The translations under genes and the position numbers were made by a program. A DNA stretch of 60,457 bases from a virus (taxonomy: Duplodnaviria > Caudoviricetes), in IMG/VR virus record IMGVR_UViG_3300037119_004150, positions 1-60,457 of that record; one strand, given 5' to 3'. Under the pieces are notes generated by a model. It ran no database searches, was not told the origin of the DNA, and saw only the letters and a program-made list of their open reading frames with translations. Shown here piece after piece: positions 52,834 through 60,457 of this stretch (positions are counted from its first letter, which is position 1; every line of letters begins with the position of its first letter).

Positions 52834-53137
52834 CGTCGAAGTCGACGTTGATGTTGAGGTTAAGATGTGCGATATCTGCGGTTTTCCGGAAGACCGTCAT
52901 AACTTCGTACATGCATTTAGCTTGAGAGGGGAAGGCCTGAGAGTGAAAAAGGATGATGATAGAGGTGATCAGGCCAATAAGGGTGATCCCGATTCCCAGG
53001 GATCAATTGGGGTTGCTCTGAGGGGCGACCCGGTACTTCGACTTGCTTTAATTAGGCGAGAGGTTATCACCGCTGATGACCTCAGTCAGATTGAGGCTGA
53101 GTTAAGAGCCTCAGGAATCGCAGGCAGTGGTCAGTAA
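52820..53137 (+). CDS. Hypothetical protein
   Basis: CDICG...H...H; DPVLRLALIRREVIT motif. Confidence 0.65.
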   Translation: MGTASVEVDVDVEVKMCDICGFPEDRHNFVHAFSLRGEGLRVKKDDDRGDQANKGDPDSQGSIGVALRGDPVLRLALIRREVITADDLSQIEAELRASGIAGSGQ

Positions 53138-53495
53138 ACCATGGTTTAGCCCTGAGGTCGTTGATCAAATTCTGGGTATTGGACTCGAGTGCGCTCCAGA
53201 AGAAGCATGTGGGGTAGTCTTACCCAACTTACGAGTCATTCAGTTGAGAAACTGTAGTGACTTGAATAGGGAGACATCTTACGAGGTCAATACCCAGGAT
53301 TTGATCGAAATAATTGCAGATTACATAGCTGAGTCTGGTATTGAAGCGGTTAATTTCACGAGGGCTCACTTTTTGATCTGGCATACCCATCCGAGCGGGA
53401 ACATCGGTCCCAGCCACGGCGATATGTGTAATAGGCTGGACAATTTTATGTATGGTGTGGTAGCACTGCCATCGGGACAGGCTACGTTGTTTTAA
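53127..53495 (+). CDS. JAB/MPN-domain metalloprotease
   Basis: EEACG, WHTHPSG...PSHGD (E...HxH-x7-S-x2-D). Confidence 0.88.
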   Translation: MVSKPWFSPEVVDQILGIGLECAPEEACGVVLPNLRVIQLRNCSDLNRETSYEVNTQDLIEIIADYIAESGIEAVNFTRAHFLIWHTHPSGNIGPSHGDMCNRLDNFMYGVVALPSGQATLF

Positions 53496-53504
53496 GGAGA
53501 CAAA

Positions 53505-53897
53505 ATGGCCGTTGGCCCATCCACTGCTACTCTGAACAGTATCCTGAATGCCATTGGCAATGCCACCGCGTATTCCCTTACTAATGTTTATGTGAAGCTG
53601 CATCTTGGTGACCCAGGAGCTGCTGGTACTTCTAACGCAAGTACTATCACCACACGAATGATTGTTTCTTTTGCCACGGCCTCTGGTGCCTCGATGGCGA
53701 ATGATGCTGACATCGTTTGGACTAACGTTGATATTACTGGTGCCTCTGAGGATCAGACTCATATTAGTCTTTGGGATAACCTGACTGCTGGTAACTTTGT
53801 TTGGTCTCTGGTGCTTACTGCGAACCCGCTTGTTGATGGTGATACTCTTACTATTCCGGCTGGGTCGTTGATTCTTAATGGTACTCCGGCCTCGTGA
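53505..53897 (+). CDS. Virion fibre-associated protein; paralogue of 14093-14461
   Basis: VYVKLHLGDPGAAGTSNA...THISLWDNLTAGN. Confidence 0.7.
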   Translation: MAVGPSTATLNSILNAIGNATAYSLTNVYVKLHLGDPGAAGTSNASTITTRMIVSFATASGASMANDADIVWTNVDITGASEDQTHISLWDNLTAGNFVWSLVLTANPLVDGDTLTIPAGSLILNGTPAS

Positions 53898-54703
53898 GCA
53901 TTAGATTATACGTCTTACCTCTAGAGCATAACTTTGCATTAAACTCTATCGGTCCAAAGTATTTACCCTGGAGTCGTGATCCTGATTCTAGTGATGTAGT
54001 TCCTGGTATTCCTGTTGATGGTCACGGGGGAGTTGGATATGGGCACAATTGGGGTATTTTTGCCGTTGAGGGTACGACTGCCGCTCATGCGGCCTTAGCT
54101 GCTAAAACTGATGTTCGACAAATCCCGGTTAATCTAGATAATAACGTGGGTTCAGCCAATTTAGCTACGGTTCGTACTTTCCTAGAAGATGCCGGCTTAC
54201 CGGGTAACTGGGTTGCCGCATCTACTACTTGGCGAGAGGTTATTCGTACGATTCTTGGTTTAGCTTCTTTTGCTGCTAGGTATGATGGTATTAGGGGAAC
54301 TCAGTGGGGGGCCGAGATGGCGCCTTGGGTTACTTGTCACAATGAATACTTAGTGAGGTTATCTACTTATCAGACAGATCATGATTGGTGGGTTGCTCAA
54401 GGCTCAGTGGGGCCCGAACCTCAGCCGCCCGTTGATGGTTGTGGATCACAACCTACTCCGCCCACACCCTTCCAGGGCCAAATCGTTGGAAAGTTGAATG
54501 TTCGTTGGGATAACATCCCTACTGATATTCAAGATGCGGTTTTAGCTACTGGAGCTGATCCTGAGTTTAACTATGATATGTCTTTTATTAGTGCCTCAAC
54601 GACTGTAAGAGCTATCTTGAAACAACTTGCTGACTTATGGGAAGATACTTCTATCCCTCTTGGACTTGAGCCATATAATGGTGGTCAGACTTTTAGGGTG
54701 TAA
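53894..54703 (+). CDS. Hypothetical virion-associated protein
   Basis: Coupled ORF inside structural module. Confidence 0.65.
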   Translation: MSIRLYVLPLEHNFALNSIGPKYLPWSRDPDSSDVVPGIPVDGHGGVGYGHNWGIFAVEGTTAAHAALAAKTDVRQIPVNLDNNVGSANLATVRTFLEDAGLPGNWVAASTTWREVIRTILGLASFAARYDGIRGTQWGAEMAPWVTCHNEYLVRLSTYQTDHDWWVAQGSVGPEPQPPVDGCGSQPTPPTPFQGQIVGKLNVRWDNIPTDIQDAVLATGADPEFNYDMSFISASTTVRAILKQLADLWEDTSIPLGLEPYNGGQTFRV

Positions 54704-54706
54704 TTT

Positions 54707-56035
54707 ATGGCACTTCCCGCATCTGATACTTTTACAGGTACTGCCGGTGTTGATCTTCCTGTTTATTCTTCCAATTGGGTAGCCGGGTATTCTTCTGGTA
54801 CTGATGTTCTTGAGCTTGATGGTTCTGGTGCAGCTCGTACTGTCACAAGTAATGACTCGGCTTGTAAGTGGACTGCGGATACATTTGCTGCCGCTCAGTA
54901 TGCGGAAACTATTATAACTGCTGGCGCTCACAATAACACAAAGGTTGGGCCGGGGGTTAGATGGGGAACTGCTGGTAATGGGTATGGTATCCAGGCTAGT
55001 ACTTCAGACATTGAGCCTTTCAAGAGTGTTGCTGGTACTTGGTCCGGCATAGGGTCACTTATCACTATATCATGGTCTACTGGTACAAGTCACACACTTC
55101 GCCTTAGTGTTAGTGGCTCAACTCTGACAATTGACTATGATGCTTCTTCGACTACCAGATCAGACTCCTCACTCTCTAGCGGTAATGCCGGTATTGTTGG
55201 CTGGACTAATTCGGGCACAGGGTCTTCTGTTGCAACTGATTGGACTGCGGATAACCTCCCCCCAGTTCCCGTGTCTTTGGCTTCTATCGGTACTAAAAGT
55301 GCTGGTGTGACGGCTACTCCGGTATCTGTTCCTTATCCTACTGGGTTAGCTGCCAAAGATTTATTGCTTGAGTTTGTGAATGCCTATAATGATACGGCAA
55401 CAGTAACTACTCCTGGGGGGTGGACCCTAGGTGGAGATCAGACTGGTGGTACAGGTACTGCCGCAGATAGCCATACAGGTAGACTTCACTCTGACTACAA
55501 GGAAGCGACGGGATCAGAGTCTGGTAACCTCTCAGTCACTCTCGGTGGTACTATCTCTGGGGCCTTAGGGATTATGGCCGCCTATCGACTAGGTGATACT
55601 GCTCGCAACTGGGATGTTGCTACAGCTAAAGGTACGGATGATACTCATGCGGCAAACCGATCTATTACTGCAGGAACTTCATTAGATTTTCAGGTCGATG
55701 ATGTTGCAGTAATTGGGGTGGCAGTAGATACTGATACTTCTTTGACTGTTACTTCTCCTACTCTTACTGTTTCTGGAGTAACTTTCGGGACTGGTACGAG
55801 ATTGACTTCCGGAGCGGGTGTTACTTCCGGTAACGATGGCAACATTGATGTTTATGAGTTCCCGGTAACTGCTGGGTCAGGTACAGCGGCTCCAGTCTTT
55901 GCTTTCACGACTGCTACATCTCAGTGTGGTCCAGCAGTATTTTATCGTCTTAGATCAGTAACTGCAGCTGCTGCCGATGCCGCCCCAAGCCAGATTAAAA
56001 ACCGTAACCAGTATCAACAGCTGATCGCCAGTTAG
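54707..56035 (+). CDS. Putative fibre/adhesin protein with lectin-like beta domains
   Basis: Thr/Gly/Ser-rich; N-terminal domain similar to insert in 56503-58572. Confidence 0.65.
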   Translation: MALPASDTFTGTAGVDLPVYSSNWVAGYSSGTDVLELDGSGAARTVTSNDSACKWTADTFAAAQYAETIITAGAHNNTKVGPGVRWGTAGNGYGIQASTSDIEPFKSVAGTWSGIGSLITISWSTGTSHTLRLSVSGSTLTIDYDASSTTRSDSSLSSGNAGIVGWTNSGTGSSVATDWTADNLPPVPVSLASIGTKSAGVTATPVSVPYPTGLAAKDLLLEFVNAYNDTATVTTPGGWTLGGDQTGGTGTAADSHTGRLHSDYKEATGSESGNLSVTLGGTISGALGIMAAYRLGDTARNWDVATAKGTDDTHAANRSITAGTSLDFQVDDVAVIGVAVDTDTSLTVTSPTLTVSGVTFGTGTRLTSGAGVTSGNDGNIDVYEFPVTAGSGTAAPVFAFTTATSQCGPAVFYRLRSVTAAAADAAPSQIKNRNQYQQLIAS

Positions 56036-56044
56036 GAGAACTAG

Positions 56045-56497
56045 ATGGATATTCCGGCGACGGGGATTTATACAGTCAAGTTAGATGCTACTGTTGTTTC
56101 GACAGCTCGGTCTCTTATCCAGATTAATGCCCCCTCTACTCGTATTGTTGTTGTCTTGAGGGCTTGGGTTTCTCAGACACTTTCTGAGGCCTCTACCCAA
56201 GAAGAGATTGAATTGCTTAGAACTACTACGGCAGGTACTGGTACTTCAGCAACTCCTCGCCCCCATGCTTCATTTGCCGCTGCAGCTGGTACTGCAACAG
56301 TTAACCATACTGCGGAAGGTACAGCGGGAGATTCTATTCTTCGTGAAGGATTTAATATTTTGAATGGGTGGTTATACATTCCTACTCCTGCTGAGTGGGA
56401 AATTGTTCCGCCATCGGGCAGAATTGCTTTGAAATTTCCTGTTGCCCCCGGTTCAGCTACTTGGAGTGCTGGGATCACCTTCGCTGAGATTGGGTAA
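56045..56497 (+). CDS. Putative virion protein
   Basis: RBS AGGAG; GWLYIPTP...FAEIG. Confidence 0.65.
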   Translation: MDIPATGIYTVKLDATVVSTARSLIQINAPSTRIVVVLRAWVSQTLSEASTQEEIELLRTTTAGTGTSATPRPHASFAAAAGTATVNHTAEGTAGDSILREGFNILNGWLYIPTPAEWEIVPPSGRIALKFPVAPGSATWSAGITFAEIG

Positions 56498-56502
56498 CCT
56501 TT

Positions 56503-58572
56503 ATGGCCATTTGGCGCAGTACTCCATGGCCAGTTCAACGACGTAAATCTGCAGCCGCGACCGAATATATAGTCAATATTGTAACAGGGTCGGCAACTGG
56601 GACCTTAGTCTTAGGGCAAAGTGCTACTGCTGTACGTAAAGTAGTTGCTAGTTCAACTAGTACTTTAGTTCTGAGCGGCTCTGTTTCTGCCATTAGAACA
56701 ATAGTTTCTTCAGCTACTGGAACTTTGGCTTTAAGTGGTACAGCTACTACCATTCGCAAGGTAACTGCAGCTTCTACAGGTACATTAGTTTTTGGTGGCT
56801 CGGCCACAGCAACTCGTAATACTTTTGCCTCGGCTACTGGCACATTAGTCTTAGATCAGTCTTCTTCGGCAATTCGTACAGTTATTGCTAGTGCTACTGG
56901 TACTATTACTTTAGCTGGATCGGCTAGCGGTACGGTCACGGCTGGTGGTACTAATGTTACGGGTAGTGCTACAGGAACGATTGTCTTAGCGGGTAGTGCT
57001 ACAGCTGTTCGTACGGTCCTTGGTACTTCGTCGACAGTTGCCGCTGTTACTGTTTTAGACGAGCCTTTCGATGGGGCTGATGGAACTCTTCTTACGGCAC
57101 TAACTCCAGCTTGGTTTGATGATGCCTGGAGCTCAGTATTAGAGCTTGATGGTAATGGAAATGCAGTTGGTGCATTTACTAGCACTTGGAACGGGGCTAT
57201 TTCTAGTCTGCCCTTGGCCAGTGATGCCTGGGTTGAGACAGTTATAACTTCACCAGCTCTGACTTCTGGTGAACGCTTTTTTCTACACCTTCGGCAACCT
57301 GATCCCATCTGGTTTCATGGCTATAACTTTGTCATAGATTATGGTTTTGTACAACTTTGGAGGGATGATGTTCCCCTCTCTTCAACCCAAAGAATGTATC
57401 AGTTTGAACCGAACGTAGATCATACAGTTCGATTTGAGGTTTTGGGAGGCTATCTTAGGGCCTCTATTGATGGTGAAGTTTTAATTAACTATATAGATAC
57501 CAGTCCAATGGCTGGTTCTTATACTGGCTTTGTTATTCAGACTAGCTCTGTCTCAGAAGCTTTTAAGGTTAAATCCTTTAAGAGTGGCAACTTTGAACAG
57601 GGTTCTTTGAACTTAACTGGGGCTGCTCTTAGTACCAGAACAGTTTTTGCCTCAGCAACTGGCCCTATTGCTTTGGGTGGTTCTGCCAGTGGTACTGTAG
57701 CTGGGGGTGGTGCGAACGTCACCGGGGCTGCGACTGGAACTATTGCTCTAAGTGGAAGTGCTACAGCTACTCGTAAGGTTCTCGGTAACGCAACCGGTAC
57801 ATTGGCTTTGGCTGGTACTGCCGTTGCCACCAGAAAAATTGTTGCGAGCGCAACAGGTTCACTGAACTTGAACCAGACTAGCTCTGGTAATAGAATCGTT
57901 ATTGCTAATGCTACCGGCACTTTGGTCTTGGCTGGTACAGCTACATCTATTCGCAAGACTTTTGCCAGTAGTACTGGTACGCTAACCTTGACCGGTACTG
58001 TAACTACTGTTCGCAAGGTATTTGCCAATGCGACAGGAACCTTGATTCTTACCGGGTCGGCCATTGGTAATATTCAAGGTAATGTTATTGGGGTTGCGAC
58101 AGGCAGTATTTCCCTTAGTGGTACAGCTTCGGCTCGTAGGACGACATTTGGTTCTGCCACAGGATCGCTGGTGCTCACAGGTACGGCGAATGGCGTTCGA
58201 ACCCATTATGTCTTTGGTTCAGCAACTGGTTCTATCACTTTAGGTGGTTCTGCCAGTGCAGTTCGCAAGATTATCGCTAGTAGTACTGGGTCGATTAGTC
58301 TAGCCGGCAATGCGACGGCCACTCGATCTAGAGTTGCTTCTGCGACAGGAACATTAGTTCTTGACGGAGTTGCTACTGCTATTCGCATTGTCATTGGTAA
58401 TGCCACAGGAACTATTGAGCTGGGTGGTTCTGCTCAGGCTGGTGATAGAGTTCCGGTTCCCTCTGGCGGTAATACTATCATTGTTCAGAGTGAATTTGAC
58501 TATGTCATTGTTCCTAGTGAGAATTATATCAGGGTCATCCCCGCTGATGACTATGTAGTGGTGGAGGCCTGA
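56503..58572 (+). CDS. Repetitive fibre protein (~21 repeats of ~20 aa) with central lectin-like insert
   Basis: ATGTLxLxGxAxAxRxxxAS repeats. Confidence 0.75.
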   Translation: MAIWRSTPWPVQRRKSAAATEYIVNIVTGSATGTLVLGQSATAVRKVVASSTSTLVLSGSVSAIRTIVSSATGTLALSGTATTIRKVTAASTGTLVFGGSATATRNTFASATGTLVLDQSSSAIRTVIASATGTITLAGSASGTVTAGGTNVTGSATGTIVLAGSATAVRTVLGTSSTVAAVTVLDEPFDGADGTLLTALTPAWFDDAWSSVLELDGNGNAVGAFTSTWNGAISSLPLASDAWVETVITSPALTSGERFFLHLRQPDPIWFHGYNFVIDYGFVQLWRDDVPLSSTQRMYQFEPNVDHTVRFEVLGGYLRASIDGEVLINYIDTSPMAGSYTGFVIQTSSVSEAFKVKSFKSGNFEQGSLNLTGAALSTRTVFASATGPIALGGSASGTVAGGGANVTGAATGTIALSGSATATRKVLGNATGTLALAGTAVATRKIVASATGSLNLNQTSSGNRIVIANATGTLVLAGTATSIRKTFASSTGTLTLTGTVTTVRKVFANATGTLILTGSAIGNIQGNVIGVATGSISLSGTASARRTTFGSATGSLVLTGTANGVRTHYVFGSATGSITLGGSASAVRKIIASSTGSISLAGNATATRSRVASATGTLVLDGVATAIRIVIGNATGTIELGGSAQAGDRVPVPSGGNTIIVQSEFDYVIVPSENYIRVIPADDYVVVEA

Positions 58573-58850
58573 TGCCGAACTATAGAAATAAGGACCCTAA
58601 TACTACCGAGAGCTTTGGTTGGGACTGGGGCTTTAAGCTCGGTGTCGGTCAATCTATCGTTAGTGCGATAGTTACTACTGCCGAAGGTGCAGTTGTTGTA
58701 GAGGATTCGGAGGTAGTTGATGGTCGTTATGTTAATGCCTTGGTATCAGGTGGGTCTTTTGGGGTCCGTAACAGTATTCTTTGTCATGTGACAAGGTCTG
58801 ATGCCTTAACCTTTGAAGATACCATCGTTTTGAGGATCGTGAATAAGTAA
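58572..58850 (+). CDS. Fibre/tail adaptor-like protein
   Basis: KDPNTTESFGWDW...VSGG...CHVT motif. Confidence 0.7.
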   Translation: MPNYRNKDPNTTESFGWDWGFKLGVGQSIVSAIVTTAEGAVVVEDSEVVDGRYVNALVSGGSFGVRNSILCHVTRSDALTFEDTIVLRIVNK

Positions 58851-59020
58851 TGCCTAGCTTACTTGATCTTCAAACTAAAATTCGTCTTGGCTATCCACTT
58901 AATCCTGAGGAGCAAGCTTTCCTAATGAAAGCTGCTGATCAGTCTGGTGTGGAGAGTGAAAGGAAATGGCAAGGCTGGTCAGAATCCCCTGACTCAGTAG
59001 TTGATCAAATTACGGAGTAG
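58850..59020 (+). CDS. Small hypothetical protein (repeat copy of 270-440)
   Basis: MPSLLDLQTKIRLG... Confidence 0.7.
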   Translation: MPSLLDLQTKIRLGYPLNPEEQAFLMKAADQSGVESERKWQGWSESPDSVVDQITE

Positions 59021-59023
59021 ATT

Positions 59024-60409
59024 GTGTTAATACCAGGGATGAAGGACGGGGTTCTGAGAAAGGACCTTTACTTCGAGAGTACCGGGTATCAACCACACCC
59101 AGGTCAAGTCAAGGTTCATTACGACGGCCATCGCCATCGAGCTATGTCTAATGGACGACGGTGGGGTAAAACTTTAGTTGGTGGCAAGGAAATTGAACCT
59201 TGTGCCTTTCTTAGAAATAGGCTTGGTGATCCTCAACGCGGTTGGATCGTAGGTCCTAACTATAGTGACTGCGAGAAGGAATTTCGCGTTGTCTATGATA
59301 CCTTCAGAACTTTGGGAATCGATCAGGTTTCTAATAAGTTTCTGAAGAATACTGAAAACGGTAATATGGTTATTGCGACGAACTGGGGGTTCGTTGTTGA
59401 ATGTCGATCTGCGGCGCATCCCGAGAGTCTTGTTGGTGAGGGTCTTGACTTCGCTGTTATGGTGGAAGCCGGTAGACTCCATCGGAAAACCTTCACAGAG
59501 TATGTACGACCTGCTCTTTCGGACAAAAGAGGATGGTCTTTAACTTCTGGAGTGCCAGAGATGGCTACAGAGACTTCTCTTCTTTACTGGGCTTATAAGA
59601 GGGGTCTTGAGTGGCAGACTAAGCCCTGGCGAAGCTGGCGCATGCCAAGCTGGACAAATACAGTGGTTTTTCCCGGTGGTCGCAGAGACCCCGAGATTAT
59701 TGAGGCCGAGGACGATTTAACAGAAGATGAATTCAAACGCCAGTACGGTGGAATGTTCGTTGACCGGGTTGGTCGTGTTATGTCTGAATGGGATGATGAG
59801 ATACATCTCAAGCGGATTAAATACAACCCTAACTGGCCCCTATATGCGGCAGTTGATTATGGGTACACCAACTTCTGGGTTTGGTTATGGATTCAGGTTG
59901 ATGAGTTTGATAATGTCTACGTTTTGGGTGAACACTACATCAAGCAAATGGATACTGAGAGGATTGCTAAGGAGATCTTAGCACCTCATCCATGGATTAA
60001 GAAGTGCGTCGCCTTCTACCCTGATCCCCATAACCCCGATGATACCAATATGCTTTCGAGGCATCTTAAGATCCCTGCTCGTTCAAATACGGGTGGGGAA
60101 CTTAAGACTCGAATTGCTATGACAAGGACTAGGTTGAAGCCTAGACCTGAGGGGGCTCCCCCTTCGGAGCAACAGGCTCAGATTGTTTTTGACCGGGATC
60201 GCTGTCCTCACCTTTCATGGGAAATGAGAGAAGGCTATAGGTGGCCCGAGCACAAGAATGAGCTTAAGAATGAAGCTGAGATTCCGATGGATAAAGATAA
60301 CCATGGGCCAGAGGCCCTAGGTCGTTTTATCTATGGTTACTTTACTGCCGCCGGGGCTGTCGAGAGGTCAACCCGTCAACGTAAGGCAAAGTTTAGGAGA
60401 GTTGCATGA
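59024..60409 (+). CDS. terL: Terminase large subunit (repeat copy, allelic variant)
   Basis: Differs from 444-1829 at two residues seen (STKF/SNKF, APLSE/APPSE). Confidence 0.93.
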   Translation: MLIPGMKDGVLRKDLYFESTGYQPHPGQVKVHYDGHRHRAMSNGRRWGKTLVGGKEIEPCAFLRNRLGDPQRGWIVGPNYSDCEKEFRVVYDTFRTLGIDQVSNKFLKNTENGNMVIATNWGFVVECRSAAHPESLVGEGLDFAVMVEAGRLHRKTFTEYVRPALSDKRGWSLTSGVPEMATETSLLYWAYKRGLEWQTKPWRSWRMPSWTNTVVFPGGRRDPEIIEAEDDLTEDEFKRQYGGMFVDRVGRVMSEWDDEIHLKRIKYNPNWPLYAAVDYGYTNFWVWLWIQVDEFDNVYVLGEHYIKQMDTERIAKEILAPHPWIKKCVAFYPDPHNPDDTNMLSRHLKIPARSNTGGELKTRIAMTRTRLKPRPEGAPPSEQQAQIVFDRDRCPHLSWEMREGYRWPEHKNELKNEAEIPMDKDNHGPEALGRFIYGYFTAAGAVERSTRQRKAKFRRVA

Positions 60410-60457
60410 GAGACGCCGGGACGGTGACACCATGGAGCACTATCGTTCCGGTGACCA
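60406..60457 (+). CDS. Start of portal gene (truncated repeat copy)
   Basis: MRDAGTVTPWSTIVPV as at 1826. Confidence 0.8.
   Translation, partial: MRDAGTVTPWSTIVPVT

Larger units (their letters stand above)
58582..60456. repeat. Right copy of terminal direct repeat
   Basis: Matches 2-1876. Confidence 0.97.

Noticed and set aside
59024-60409. Two terminase genes as a real paralogous pair
   Set aside because: Whole flanking context is repeated at the contig ends and truncated at both edges; simplest reading is circular overlap

Overview
The window looks like a complete, circularly permuted genome (unit length about 58,580 bp) of a lytic siphovirus-type tailed phage, most probably infecting an actinobacterium. 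Bases 2-1876 recur at 58582-60456 as a slightly diverged copy. Gene order is terL, portal, scaffold, capsid, neck, tail, tape measure, baseplate/fibres and lysis (0.4-20.4 kb). Next come an SNF2 helicase, a nucleotide-modification cluster (NMP kinase, dUTPase/MazG, two thymidylate-synthase-fold genes with dCMP-type Asp, dCMP deaminase), a UDG-fused family A polymerase and a recombination module (21-33 kb). A long array of small early genes follows, driven by repeated, mostly leaderless sigma-70-type promoters, with a tRNA-Leu(UAA) and a primase-helicase (33-52 kb). The last part holds terS, a JAB protein and a second fibre module (52-59 kb). No integrase was recognised. The most striking observations are: (i) a near-canonical pistol self-cleaving ribozyme at 37196-37256 that would release a structured ~130-nt small RNA ending at a terminator; (ii) other orphan structured RNAs (36469-36566, 52039-52150); (iii) a paired TS-homologue cluster that may make a modified cytosine; (iv) a paralogous acidic HTH family with candidate repeated operator motifs. 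All protein calls come from motif recognition and synteny by eye; no database searches were run.
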